The position numbers and the translations under genes are program-made. The notes below the pieces were generated by a model. It was not told the DNA's origin. It saw nothing but the letters and a program-made list of their open reading frames with translations, and made no database searches. From Geminicoccaceae bacterium (GTDB lineage: Bacteria > Pseudomonadota > Alphaproteobacteria > Geminicoccales > Geminicoccaceae): a stretch of DNA of 64,000 bases. Shown one piece after another: positions 48,984 to 59,237 of this stretch. Position 1 is the first letter of the stretch, and each line of letters begins with the position of its first letter. The stretch is taken from assembly GCA_041397945.1 (NCBI GenBank), contig JAWKVR010000008.1, positions 23,414 through 87,413 on the forward strand, in the 5' to 3' direction.

Positions 48984-49119
48984 TTGTCGCAGAATCTGCG
49001 ACAACGAACCCGAGCTTGTCGCATCTGATGCGACAAACACCACCCGGTTGTCGCATCAGATGCGACTGCTGTCGCAGATTCTGCGACTCTACTGGGGCCA
49101 GAGTCGCATCTGATGCGAC
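48984..49119. repeat. Array of five perfect palindromes with shared arms GTCGCA/TGCGAC, two core variants, alternating orientation
   Basis: 48984-49004 TTGTCGCAG-AAT-CTGCGACAA. 49016-49036 TTGTCGCAT-CTG-ATGCGACAA. 49048-49066 TTGTCGCAT-CAG-ATGCGAC. 49071-49087 GTCGCAG-ATT-CTGCGAC. 49103-49119 GTCGCAT-CTG-ATGCGAC. Confidence 0.85.
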
Positions 49120-49319
49120 AGACGGCGGTCACGCGAAACGAACCCAGGGAATCGACGCCGAACCCACCGAATCGCTTGGCCGAGCCGGTTTCGGTTCGTT
49201 CGTCGTCAGGAAGCCGCAAAGCGCCTGGCTTTTCCTCGCCCCGGACCCCGCCGCCCCCTGTTTTGCCGAAGGAACCCGCCGGCCTCTGACGGGCCGCCCG
49301 AGCTAGGCTGGGAATCCTA

Positions 49320-50343
49320 TCACGCTGCGATCTCGATCCGCCGTCGGCCTTCGGCGGCCGAGCGAGCAGGGCGTCGATCAGCCGGTGGACGCAGCGCCTC
49401 CCGGGCGGTGACCCGGGGCTCGCGGCCCTCGTCCAGGGCGCTGGCGGAAGTCGGGTGATGACCGCCTTGTGCCGCCTCGGGCTGACGCCGGTGAAGTCGT
49501 CTTCGGCCGATGCCGCCGGCCTCGCCCGTGGTCCGGCTCCGGCCGTCGAGGAAATCGCGGGTGAGCTGGCCGCCGTCGAGCAGGGCGACACCAGCCCGCC
49601 AGCACGAGCGAGCTCGGCGCGGCCCGGATGGAAGGTGGCAGGTCGCCATCACGGCACCCAGCGCCCCGTTGGCGAAGGCGATGCCGCCGCCGACGAAGTC
49701 CTCGCCCTCCATCCGGTGCATGGCCGAGGTGCCACCCATGGCCTGCACCGCCGCCGCCGGGCCGGTGAGGCTGAGCATCAGGTCGAGGCTGTGGATCGCC
49801 TGGGTGACGAGGACCCCGCCGCTGTCGCGCGCCAGCGCGCGCCGCGCCCGGGCACGTCGTAATAGCCTCTGCGGTCGCCACCTGCGGGCACGCTGAGCTG
49901 CACCGTGGCGAGCGTGCCGAGATCGCCGTCGGCCAGGTGCCGCGAGCTCCGTGGCCGCCTCGGCAAAGCGGTGCTGCAGCACCACCCTGGTGGTCACCTT
50001 CGGCCCCCTCGGTCAGCGCCACCACCCGTTCGCCGCCTCGAGGGTGCGCTCGAAATGGCTTCTCCATGAGGAGGTGCTTGCCCTTGCCCGCGAGTTGCTC
50101 CACCAGCTCCAGCCGCGCGTGCGGCGGCGTCAGGAGCAGCACGGCCGTGACCGCCGGGTCGTCGGCGATGGCGTCCAGCGTCTCGACGACCGGCAGGCCG
50201 TAGCGCCCGGCGAACGCCTCTCGCCGCTCGGCCGAGGGGCTCCAGGCCCGCACCTCGACGCGGTCGCGGAGGTCCTGGAGGCTCTGGGCATGCGGGGCCA
50301 CCGCCATGCCGAGGCCGATGAGGCCGATGGTTCGCCTGGTCAT
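49320..50343 (-). pseudogene. Gfo/Idh/MocA family oxidoreductase, multiply frameshifted
   Basis: MTRRTIGLIGLGMAVAPHAQSLQDLRDRVEVRAWSPSAERREAFAGRYGLPVVETLDAIADDPAVTAVLLLTPPHARLELVEQLAGKGKHLLMEKP (ORF 49378-51660 frame). GGVLVTQAIHSLDLMLSLTGPAAAVQAMGGTSAMHRMEGEDFVGGGIAFANGALG (ORF 49320-49997). Confidence 0.75.
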
Positions 50344-51623
50344 GTCTCTTGCTCTCCCTGCCAGTGAAGGATGTCGATCGGCTGCTCGCGCCCGCGCACG
50401 GCCTGGGTCGGCAAGGCCAGCCAGTGCGCCTGCTCGCCGGCCTCGGCGACGATGGCCGCCGAGGCGACGAGGCCGCCATCGGTCTCGCGGGTGATCTGCT
50501 CGAGCCGGGCCGCGACGTTGACCGTGTCGCCCAGCACCGTGAACTCGAGCCGGCTGCTGTCGCCGACCGCGCCGGCGAAGGCCGGCCCGAAATGGGCGCC
50601 GATGCCGATTCGCACCGGTGCCTCGCCGGCGACGGTCAGCCGGTCGCTCCAGGCGCCGACCCGGCGCAGGAGGTGGCGGGCGCAGTCGAGCGTGCGGCGG
50701 GCGTCGTCGGCATGGCCGTCGGGCACCCCGAAGACCACGATGGCGCTGTCGCCGACGAACTTGTCGACGACGCCCCGATGCGCGACGGCCGCCTTGACCA
50801 CGTGATGCCGGAACGTGCCGAGAAAGGTCGAGAGCTCGGGCGGGGCCAGATGCTCGCTCCGCCGGGTGAAGCCCCTGATGTCGACGATCAGGATGCCGAT
50901 CCGCACGTCCCAGCCGCGCCTGAGCTGCTCGACATCGCCGGCGGCCAGCAGGGCCGCGATCTCCGGCGGCAGGTAGCGGGCGAGGTTGGCGCGCTCCACC
51001 GCCTCCTCGACCGCCCGCTCGAGCAGGGCTTTGCGGCGCGCGGCGGCCAGCACCAGGACGAAGCCGGCAAGGCCCAGGAGCACGATGCGGACGACGGTCG
51101 GCGGCAGGTCGAGCAGGGGCAGGATGCGTTCGAGGTCGCCGTCGTCCGGCAGGGCCGCGAGGAGCAGGGCGAGCCCGCCGACCACCACGACCGCGGCGTA
51201 GCCCTGCAGCCAGGGCCGGTAGTGGAGCGAGCCGAAGACCAGGACCAGGGGCGCCAGCCAGATCGCCGGGAAGACCCAGGCCGTCGAGGCGGGTGCCCCC
51301 GTGTTGAGCACCGTGGAAGCGACGTTGAAGAGGACGAGCGCACAGTCGGCGGTGGTGAAGAGCCAGGGCATCCAGGGCCGGAACCGGCCCGGCCGCGCCG
51401 CCCAGAAGGCGATCAGGCCGTTCGCCGCATAGACGGTCAGCACGACGCTGGCCACCACGAGCTGCCGCCGGGCGGCGGGCGGTGGCAGGTCGACAGTCAG
51501 CAGGGCCACCGAGATGGCGAGCGCCAGGATCGCCACCGCGACCAGCCGGAGGATCGCGAGGAACCGCTCGGCCTCGATCTCGGCCGAAAGGAAGAGCTGC
51601 TCCCTGACACTCCCGATGCTCAC
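50340..51623 (-). CDS. Membrane-anchored class III adenylate/guanylate cyclase
   Basis: Intact 427-aa ORF. Six hydrophobic segments, then GILIVDIRGFTRRSE...VVDKFVGDSAIVVFGVPDG...IGIGAHFGPAFAGAVGDSSRLEFTVLGDTVNVAARLE. The stop overlaps the downstream ATG (ATGA). Confidence 0.88.
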   Translation of the reverse strand: MSIGSVREQLFLSAEIEAERFLAILRLVAVAILALAISVALLTVDLPPPAARRQLVVASVVLTVYAANGLIAFWAARPGRFRPWMPWLFTTADCALVLFNVASTVLNTGAPASTAWVFPAIWLAPLVLVFGSLHYRPWLQGYAAVVVVGGLALLLAALPDDGDLERILPLLDLPPTVVRIVLLGLAGFVLVLAAARRKALLERAVEEAVERANLARYLPPEIAALLAAGDVEQLRRGWDVRIGILIVDIRGFTRRSEHLAPPELSTFLGTFRHHVVKAAVAHRGVVDKFVGDSAIVVFGVPDGHADDARRTLDCARHLLRRVGAWSDRLTVAGEAPVRIGIGAHFGPAFAGAVGDSSRLEFTVLGDTVNVAARLEQITRETDGGLVASAAIVAEAGEQAHWLALPTQAVRGREQPIDILHWQGEQET

Positions 51624-51736
51624 GCCTTGCCCTTCGCCCCCGGCTCACCCCGGCACCCATAGCGCCGCCGCACCCTGCTTGTCATGCCGGGCCCGAGCCG
51701 ATAGGCAACGGCGAAACGGCCAGCGGGGGGGCAGGC

Positions 51737-53343
51737 ATGGCGGACTACATCATCGTCGGCGGCGGGGCCGCGGGATGCGTGCTTGCCGCCCGGCTCTCCG
51801 AGTTGCCGGAGGCTTCGGTGCTGCTGCTCGAGGCCGGGCCGCCGGACACCGACCGGCTGATCCACATGCCGGTCGGCTTCTACCGGATGACGGACGGCCC
51901 GCTCACCTGGGGCTTCCGCACGGCTCCCCTGGCCCATGCCGACGGTCGCGAGATGGTCTTCCCGCAGGGCCGCGTGCTCGGCGGCGGCAGCTCGATCAAC
52001 GCCATGGTCTACACCCGCGGCAACGCCGCCGACTACGATGCCTGGGCGCACGAGGAGGGTTGCGACGGCTGGGCCTATGCCGACGTGCTGCCCTATTTCA
52101 GGAAGGCCGAGGACAATGAGCGGCTGAGCGATGCCTGGCACGGCACTGGCGGGCCGCTCGGCGTGTCCGACCTCGTGAGCCCGCATCGTCTGAGCCTCGC
52201 CTTCGTCCGCGCCTGCCAGGAGGCCGGCATTCCCTACAACCCCGACTTCAACGGCAGGGACCAGGCCGGGGCCGGGCTCTACCAGGTGACGCAGCGGGGC
52301 GGCCGGCGCTGCTCGACCGCCGTGGGCTACCTGAAGGCGGCGCTGGGCCGCCCGAACCTCGAGCTCGTCACGGATTGTCGGGTCGAGCGGCTGATCGTCG
52401 AGGGCGGGCGGGCGGTCGGCGTCGCCTACAATCGCTACGGGCGGCAGGAGATCGCCCGGGCCGAAAGCGAGGTGATCGTGACCGCCGGTGCGGTCGGCTC
52501 GCCCCGTCTGCTGCTCCTTTCCGGCATCGGCCCGGCCGACGAGCTGCGTGCGCTGGGCATCGACGTCGTCCACGATCTCGAGGGCGTCGGCCGCAACTTC
52601 CACGACCATATCGACGCCTATGTCATCAGCGAGCTCAGCGGCCCGCACTCCTATGACGGTCACACCCGGCCGCATCGCATGCTGATGGCCGAGCTCGAGT
52701 ACAAGCTCTTCGGCAAGGGCCCGGTGACCTCGAACCTGGCCGAGGGCGGGGCCTTCGTGCTGACCGACCCGGCCGAGCCGTCGCCCGACATCCAGCACCA
52801 TTTCCTGCCCGGCGCCGGGCTCGAGGCCGGCGTGCCACCCGTGCCGTCGGGCTATGGCTGCACCTGAACGCCTGCTACCTCCGGCCAAAATCCCGGGGCA
52901 GCATCCGGCTCCGCTCGGCCGACCCGGCCGACGCACCGGTCATCGACCCCAACTACTGGGCCGAGCCCGCCGACATGGCCGCAGCGCTCCGCGGCATCGC
53001 GTCGTCCCGGGAGATCATGGCGCAAGCGGCCTTCGCGCCCTTCGTCAGGCGCGAGCACCTGCCCGGCAAGGAGGTCACCTCGCGCGCCGATCTCGAGGCC
53101 TATGCCCGCCGCTTCGGCAAGACCGACTACCACCCCGTGGGCTCGTGCAGGATGGGCCGGGACGCCCGCGCCGTGGTCGATCCCCAGTGCCGCGTGCGCG
53201 GCATCGAGCGGCTGCGTATCTGCGACAGCTCGATCATGCCCCGTGTCGTCAGCTCCAACACCAACGCCGCCTCGATCATGATCGGCGAGAAGGCGTCCGA
53301 CCTGATCAAGGGCAACCGCCGGGCGGGCGAGGCCGCGGCCTGA
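51737..53343 (+). pseudogene. GMC family oxidoreductase (choline dehydrogenase-like), single frameshift near 52860
   Basis: MADYIIVGGGAAGCVLAARLSE...GRVLGGGSSINAMVYTRG is continuous to 52867. Then LNACYLRPKSRGSIRLRSADP (my translation) and YHPVGSCRMG...ICDSSIMPRVVSSNTNAASIMIGEKASD are in ORF 52975-53343. Confidence 0.85.
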
Positions 53344-53419
53344 GAGTGGACGTGATGGCCTTCACGCCGGACACCCGAGCCGCTACGCAGACGCCCGAGG
53401 ACAAAAAGGGAAGGGAACC

Positions 53420-54430
53420 ATGCCAATGAAGCCCGTCAAATGGGGAATGCTCGGCGTTGCCAAGATCGGGATGGAGAAGGTCATTCCGGCGATGCAGCAG
53501 AGCGAGCTCTGCGAGATCGTCGGGATTGCCTCGCGCTCGGCCGAGAAGGCGGAGGCCGGGCGGGCGCAGCTCGGCATTGCCAGGGCCTATGGCTCTTACG
53601 AGGACCTCCTGGCCGATCCGGAGATCGAGGCGGTCTACAACCCCCTGCCGAACCATCTGCACGTGCCCTGGACAGTCAAGGCGCTCGAGGCCGGCAAGCA
53701 TGTGCTCTGTGAGAAGCCGCTCGGCATGGACGCGGCCGAGGCGGCGACGCTGTTGGCGGCGCGCGACAGAACCGGCAAGCTCGTGCAGGAAGCGTTCATG
53801 GTGAAGTGCCACCCGCAGTGGCTGAAGGCCAAGGCGCTCATCGAGGAGGGCCGGATCGGCGAGCCGCGGGCGGCCTCGGGCATCTTCTGCTACCACAACA
53901 CCGACCCCGAGAACGTCCGCAACATGGCCGACATCGGCGGCGGCGGGATCATGGATATCGGCTGCTACATGACGATCTTCTCCCGCTGGATGCTGGGGGC
54001 CGAGCCGAAACGTGCGGTCGGCCTCATCGAGCGCGACCCGGGCTTCGGCACCGACCGGTTGACCTCGGCGATCCTCGATTTCGGCGATGGGCGGCGCTCG
54101 GTCTGGACGACCTCGACCCAGCTCGCCCCGGTGCAGCGCTTCACCGTGCTCGGCACCAAGGGGCGGCTGGAGGTCGAGATCCCCTGCAACGCGCCGAACG
54201 ACCGGCCGTGCCGGATCACCGTCGACGACGCCCGCGATCTCTTTGGTGGCGGCCGCGAGGTGATCGACCTGCCGACCTGCGATCAGTACCGCCTGCAGGG
54301 CGAGATGTTCTCGAAAGCGGTCCGCGGCGAGGGCGAGCTTGCCATGCCGCTCGACGAGTCGATCGCCAACATGAAGGTCCTGGACGCGCTCTTTGCCTCG
54401 GAGAAGTCCGGCGGATGGGTTGCCGTCTGA
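53420..54430 (+). CDS. Gfo/Idh/MocA family oxidoreductase
   Basis: Intact 336 aa: KWGMLGVAKIGMEKVIPAMQQSELCEIVGIASRS...AVYNPLPNHLHVPWTVKALEAGKHVLCEKP. Confidence 0.88.
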   Translation: MPMKPVKWGMLGVAKIGMEKVIPAMQQSELCEIVGIASRSAEKAEAGRAQLGIARAYGSYEDLLADPEIEAVYNPLPNHLHVPWTVKALEAGKHVLCEKPLGMDAAEAATLLAARDRTGKLVQEAFMVKCHPQWLKAKALIEEGRIGEPRAASGIFCYHNTDPENVRNMADIGGGGIMDIGCYMTIFSRWMLGAEPKRAVGLIERDPGFGTDRLTSAILDFGDGRRSVWTTSTQLAPVQRFTVLGTKGRLEVEIPCNAPNDRPCRITVDDARDLFGGGREVIDLPTCDQYRLQGEMFSKAVRGEGELAMPLDESIANMKVLDALFASEKSGGWVAV

Positions 54431-54795
54431 CGTCCGCGCCGGCTCTGGAGATCCTGCTCAAGCGCGCCTACGAGCCGGCAGTCGCCGAAGACGGCTGCCG
54501 CGTTCTCGTCGACCGGCTCTGGCCGCGCGGTCGAAGCCGGATCGACCTCGCGATCGACCACTGGGCGAAAGACGTCGCACCCGGTCCAGCCCTGCGCCGC
54601 TGGTACGGCCACGATCCGGGCAAATGGGGCGCCTTCCGGAGCCGCTACGAGCAGGAACTCGACGCCAACCAGGAAGCGGTGAGGGATCTCCTCGAGCGCT
54701 GTCGCAGGGGCCGCGTCACCCTCGTCTTCGGCGCCCGCGACGTCGAGCACAGCCACGCGATTGTCCTGCGTGACCATCTGCTGCGGCTGGCCTGA
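54415..54795 (+). CDS. DUF488 family protein
   Basis: ILLKRAYEPAVAEDGCRVLVDRLWPRGRSRIDLAIDHWAKDVAPGPALRRWYGHDPGKWGAFRSRY...VTLVFGARDVEHSHAIVL. The ATG at 54415 overlaps the upstream gene's end. Confidence 0.8.
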   Translation: MGCRLTSAPALEILLKRAYEPAVAEDGCRVLVDRLWPRGRSRIDLAIDHWAKDVAPGPALRRWYGHDPGKWGAFRSRYEQELDANQEAVRDLLERCRRGRVTLVFGARDVEHSHAIVLRDHLLRLA

Positions 54796-54958
54796 AGACG
54801 GTCATCGGGCGTTGCCGGCAGCCGGGCGGGGCCATGCTGAGGACCGCGTGCCTCGTTGCCGTGCTTGTGCATGGGCCGAGGGTGCTCTAACCGGTCGTCA
54901 GCTGAACATGGTGGGCCGGTGATTTGCCAGGCACCACCGCCAAGAAAGGGATGGCTCG

Positions 54959-56209
54959 ATGAACAGACGGATCAGGGCGCTGCTTGCCGGAACGACCATG
55001 CTGATGGCTTCGGCCGGTTGGGCCGCAGCCGAGGATGTCGAGGTCCTGCACTGGTGGACTTCGGGCGGCGAGGCAGCCGCGCTCAATGTGCTGAAGGGCA
55101 ACCTCGAAGCCGAGGGCATCGGCTGGCAGGACATGCCGGTCGCCGGCGGTGGCGGCGAGCAGGCGATGACCGTGCTGCGCGCCCGGGTGACCGGCGGCAA
55201 TCCGCCGACCGCCGTGCAGATGCTCGGCTTCGATATCCAGGACTGGGCAGCGCTCGGCGTCGTCGCCGACCTCAACGAGCTGGCTGCCGAGGAGAACTGG
55301 GACGCCGTCGTGCCGGCCGCCCTACAGGAGTTCTCGAAGTTCGATGGCGTGTGGGTGGCGGCCCCCGTCAATGTCCACTCGACCAACTGGGTCTGGGCCA
55401 ACAAGGCCATTTTCGATGAGCTCGGCCTCGCCCAGCCGACGAGCTGGGAGGAGCTGGTCGCGGCCCTCGATGCCATCAAGGCTGCTGGCTACACGGCCGT
55501 GGCCCATGGCGGCCAGGCCTGGCAGGATGCGACCATCTTCGACGCGGTCGTCGTCTCGACCGGCGGGCCCGAGTTCTACAAGGCCGCGATGATCGATCTC
55601 GATCCCGAGGCGCTCGGCTCCGAGACGATGAAGGAGGCCTTCGACCGGATGGCCGTCATCCGCTCCTATGTGGACGACAACTTCTCCGGCCGCGACTGGA
55701 ACCTCGCGACCGCCATGGTCATCAACAAGGAGGCCGGGGTCCAGTTCATGGGCGACTGGGCCAAGGGCGAGTTCCTCAATGCCGGCAAGGTGCCGGGCGA
55801 GGACTTTCTCTGCTTCCGCTTCCCCGGCACGCAGGGCACGGTGACCTTCAACGCGGACCAGTTCGTGATGTTCGAGGTCGGCGACGAGGGCCGGGAAGCG
55901 CAGAAGAAGCTGGCGAGCGCCATTCTCGATCCGGGCTTCCAGATCGCCTTCAACAAGGTCAAGGGCTCCGTGCCGGCCCGCACCGACGTTGCCGGCGACG
56001 AGCTCGATGCCTGCGGCCAGCAGGGCATGGCAGAGCTCGCCGAGGCGGCCGCGGCCGGCCATCTCTACGGCTCGATGGCGCATGGCCACGGCGCGCCGGC
56101 GGCGGTCAAGAACGCCGTCTACGACGTGGTCACCGCCCATTTCAACGGCGAGTACGACAGCGCCACGGCAGTCGAGGAGTTGGTCTCGGCGGTCGAAGGG
56201 GCGCAATGA
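54959..56209 (+). CDS. gtsA: Carbohydrate (glucose/mannose-type) ABC transporter substrate-binding protein
   Basis: [60 protein letters not shown] and MGDWAKGEF closely parallel Pseudomonas GtsA as I recall it. Confidence 0.85.
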   Translation: MNRRIRALLAGTTMLMASAGWAAAEDVEVLHWWTSGGEAAALNVLKGNLEAEGIGWQDMPVAGGGGEQAMTVLRARVTGGNPPTAVQMLGFDIQDWAALGVVADLNELAAEENWDAVVPAALQEFSKFDGVWVAAPVNVHSTNWVWANKAIFDELGLAQPTSWEELVAALDAIKAAGYTAVAHGGQAWQDATIFDAVVVSTGGPEFYKAAMIDLDPEALGSETMKEAFDRMAVIRSYVDDNFSGRDWNLATAMVINKEAGVQFMGDWAKGEFLNAGKVPGEDFLCFRFPGTQGTVTFNADQFVMFEVGDEGREAQKKLASAILDPGFQIAFNKVKGSVPARTDVAGDELDACGQQGMAELAEAAAAGHLYGSMAHGHGAPAAVKNAVYDVVTAHFNGEYDSATAVEELVSAVEGAQ

Positions 56210-56293
56210 CCTCGCGAGGGGCCGCCGTCCAGGCGGCGGCCCCGTCGCTCCTTCCGCCGGCTGACATGCGGGCGAAAGGGCCGGCAGGGGCGC

Positions 56294-57184
56294 ATGGCTG
56301 ACACGCGCGGCCGGCTGCAGGAGCTGCTGACGAGGATCGAGCTGGCGCCGAGCTTCGCTGCGGTGCTGCTCTTCGTCTACGGCTTCATCTTCTTCACGGG
56401 CTGGCTCTCCTTCACCGATTCGCGCATCCTGCCGAGCTTCGGCTGGGTCGGGTTCGAGAACTACGTGCGCCTGTTCGGGCTGCGGCACTGGACCATCGCC
56501 GTCCAGAACCTTGCCATCTTTGGCCTGCTCTACATCCTTTTCTGCTCGGCCATGGGCCTGCTGCTCGCCATCCTGCTCGACCAGAAGATCCGGGGCGAGG
56601 GCTTCCTCAGGCCGATCTACCTCTACCCCATGGCGCTGTCGTTCATCGTCACCGGCACCGCCTGGAAATGGTTCCTCGACCCCGGCATCGGGCTCGAGCA
56701 GGTGGTTCGCTCATGGGGCTTCGCGGACTTCACCTTCGGCTGGATCAAGGACAGCTCGATGGCGATCTACTGCATCGTCATCGCGGCGGTCTGGCAGTCG
56801 ACCGGTTTCGTCATGGCGATGTTCCTCGCCGGCCTGCGCGGCATCGACGGCGAGATCATGAAGGCGGCACAGATCGACGGCGCCTCGACCTTCCAGCTCT
56901 ACCGGCGGATCATCATCCCTCAGTTGCGGCCGGCCTTCCTTTCGGCCTTCGTCGTGCTCTCGCATCTCGCCATCAAGTCCTACGACCTGGTGATCGCGCT
57001 GACCGGCGGCGGGCCCGGCCGCGCCACGGAGATGCCGGCGACCTTCATGTACTCCTATACCTTCACGCGCAACCAGATGGGCGTGGGCGCCGCCTCGGCC
57101 GTCATCATGCTGATGATGATCGCCTCCGTGATCGTCCCCTACCTCTATGCGGAGATGCGGGAGGGCAGGCATGGCGGCCACTAG
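56294..57184 (+). CDS. gtsB: Carbohydrate ABC transporter permease
   Basis: Intact 296-aa MalF/UgpA-type permease: ...AQIDGASTFQLYRRIIIPQLRPAFLSAFVVL. Confidence 0.85.
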   Translation: MADTRGRLQELLTRIELAPSFAAVLLFVYGFIFFTGWLSFTDSRILPSFGWVGFENYVRLFGLRHWTIAVQNLAIFGLLYILFCSAMGLLLAILLDQKIRGEGFLRPIYLYPMALSFIVTGTAWKWFLDPGIGLEQVVRSWGFADFTFGWIKDSSMAIYCIVIAAVWQSTGFVMAMFLAGLRGIDGEIMKAAQIDGASTFQLYRRIIIPQLRPAFLSAFVVLSHLAIKSYDLVIALTGGGPGRATEMPATFMYSYTFTRNQMGVGAASAVIMLMMIASVIVPYLYAEMREGRHGGH

Positions 57185-58061
57185 CGCGCCTGCCGTCGAC
57201 GGCACGGTCACGGCCAACCGGCTGGCGCGGGCCGTGCTCTATGCGGCGCTCCTCGTCTTCGCCCTCTATTTCCTCCTGCCGCTATACGTGATGCTGGTGA
57301 ACTCGGTGAAGCCCTTGGCCGAGATCCAGGGTGGCAACATGCTGGCGCTTCCCGAGGCGTTCACCCTCGAGCCCTGGGCCGGCGCCTGGAGCACGGCCCA
57401 GGTCGGCGTCGATCCGACGGGGCTTCGACCCTACTTCTGGAACTCGATCAAGATGGTCGTGCCGGCCGTCCTGATCTCGACGCTGCTTGGTGCACTGAAC
57501 GGCTATGTCCTGACCAAGTGGCGGTTCAAAGGCGACCGGCTGGTCTTCGCGCTGATGCTCTTCTCCTGCTTCATCCCGTTCCAGATCGTCCTCATCCCGA
57601 TGGCGCGCATCCTCGGCAGCGTCGGCCTCGCGGGCACCACGGCGGGCCTCGTCCTCGTCCACGTGGTCTATGGCCTCGGCTTCACCACCCTCTTCTTCCG
57701 CAACTACTACGACGCCTTCCCGAGCGAGCTGGTCAAGGCGGCGCAGATCGACGGTGCGGGGTTCTTCCGCATTTTCTGGCGGATCCTGCTGCCGAGCTCC
57801 GGGCCGATCGTCACGGTCACCGTCATCTGGCAGTTCACCAATGTCTGGAACGACTTCCTCTTCGGCGCCTCGTTCGCCGGCTTCGGCTCGACGCCGATGA
57901 CGGTGGCGCTCAACAACCTGGTCAGCTCGTCGACCGGGGTGAAGGAGTACAACGTGCACTTCGCCGGTGCCGTGCTGGCGGCCCTGCCGACCCTGATCGT
58001 CTACATCGTCTCCGGACGCTATTTCGTGCGCGGCCTGATGGCCGGTGCCGTGAAAGGCTGA
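57171..58061 (+). CDS. gtsC: Carbohydrate ABC transporter permease
   Basis: MalG/UgpE-type: AAQIDGAGFFRIFWRILLPSSGPIVTVTVIWQFTNVWNDFLF. Start MAATSAP at 57171. Confidence 0.85.
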   Translation: MAATSAPAVDGTVTANRLARAVLYAALLVFALYFLLPLYVMLVNSVKPLAEIQGGNMLALPEAFTLEPWAGAWSTAQVGVDPTGLRPYFWNSIKMVVPAVLISTLLGALNGYVLTKWRFKGDRLVFALMLFSCFIPFQIVLIPMARILGSVGLAGTTAGLVLVHVVYGLGFTTLFFRNYYDAFPSELVKAAQIDGAGFFRIFWRILLPSSGPIVTVTVIWQFTNVWNDFLFGASFAGFGSTPMTVALNNLVSSSTGVKEYNVHFAGAVLAALPTLIVYIVSGRYFVRGLMAGAVKG

Positions 58062-58067
58062 GGCAGC

Positions 58068-59237
58068 ATGGCTTCGCTCGATATCGACCGGGTCGAGAAG
58101 CGCTTCGGTGCGACACGCGTGCTCGAAGGGATCGACATCGCCGTCGAGGACGGCGAATTCCTGGTCCTGGTGGGCCCGTCGGGCTGCGGCAAGTCCACCC
58201 TGCTCGCGCTGATCGCCGGGCTGGAGAGCGTCTCTGCCGGCGAGATCCGGATCGATGGCGTGCGGGTCAACGAGCGCCATCCCAAGGACCGCGACATCGC
58301 CATGGTGTTCCAGTCCTACGCGCTCTACCCCAACATGACCGTTGCCCAGAACATGGCCTTCGGCCTCGAGATGCGCGGCGTGCCCAAGGCCGAGCGCGAC
58401 GTCGCCGTGGCCGACGCCGCGCGTCTCCTGCAGATCGAGCCGCTTCTGGACCGCAAGCCCGGCCAGCTCTCGGGCGGCCAGCGGCAGCGTGTGGCAATGG
58501 GGCGGGCCCTCGTCCGCCAGCCCCGGATCTTCCTCTTCGACGAGCCGCTCTCCAATCTCGACGCCAAGCTCAGGGTCGAGATGCGGACCGAGATCAAGAA
58601 GCTGCACCAGCGTTTGGACGCCACCATCGTCTACGTGACCCATGACCAGATCGAGGCGATGACGCTGGCGACGCGGATCGCCATTATGAACAAGGGCGTC
58701 CTGCAGCAGCTCGGCACGCCGCGCGAGCTCTACGACCGACCGGCCAACACCTTCGTCGCCACATTCATCGGCTCGCCGGCGATGAACCTCATTCCCGGCG
58801 AGGTCCGGAGCGGGCAGTTCTGCGCCGAGGGCAACATCGCGCTGCCGCTCGCAACGCCGGCGCCCGACGGGCCGGCAACACTCGGCCTGCGGCCGGAGAG
58901 CATCACCGAGGCGATGGACGACGCCACGGGGATCGAGCTCGCCGTCGAGGTCACCGAGCCGACCGGTCCCGACACGCTCGCCGTCGTCCGCATTGCCGGG
59001 ATCGAGGCGACGGCGCGCCTGCGTGCGGACACGGCTGTCGTACCCGGCAGAAGTGCCGCGTTCACGCTCGACATGAGCAAGGCTTCGCTGTTCCATCCGC
59101 AGAGCGGCGACCGGCTCGACTGGCGTGGCCGAGCTCATCGTGCTCTTCGCGTCGGCCTTCCTGGCCGCGACCATCCTGCCGTTCGCGTCCGAGATCACCC
59201 TCGCTGGCATGGCGATGGCCGGCTGGGGTGCCAATGA
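58068..59237 (+). CDS. malK: Sugar ABC transporter ATP-binding protein (MalK/UgpC-like); the last ~38 codons look like read-through after a lost stop
   Basis: [47 protein letters not shown]. Recognisable sequence ends at ...[12 protein letters not shown] (about 59120). The tail [19 protein letters not shown]... overlaps the next gene in another frame. Confidence 0.85.
   Translation: MASLDIDRVEKRFGATRVLEGIDIAVEDGEFLVLVGPSGCGKSTLLALIAGLESVSAGEIRIDGVRVNERHPKDRDIAMVFQSYALYPNMTVAQNMAFGLEMRGVPKAERDVAVADAARLLQIEPLLDRKPGQLSGGQRQRVAMGRALVRQPRIFLFDEPLSNLDAKLRVEMRTEIKKLHQRLDATIVYVTHDQIEAMTLATRIAIMNKGVLQQLGTPRELYDRPANTFVATFIGSPAMNLIPGEVRSGQFCAEGNIALPLATPAPDGPATLGLRPESITEAMDDATGIELAVEVTEPTGPDTLAVVRIAGIEATARLRADTAVVPGRSAAFTLDMSKASLFHPQSGDRLDWRGRAHRALRVGLPGRDHPAVRVRDHPRWHGDGRLGCQ

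Noticed and set aside
48984-49119. Possible CRISPR array
   Set aside because: The repeated units are themselves perfect palindromes of 17-21 bp separated by only 3-15 nt. There are no uniform 25-40 nt spacers, the units occur in both orientations, and no cas genes are present in the window.
48273-49300. DarT-DarG-type toxin-antitoxin (macro-domain antitoxin)
   Set aside because: No DUF4433/DarT-like ORF lies upstream or downstream. The DNA 5' of the macro gene is the palindrome array with no coding signal, and the macro gene itself is degraded.
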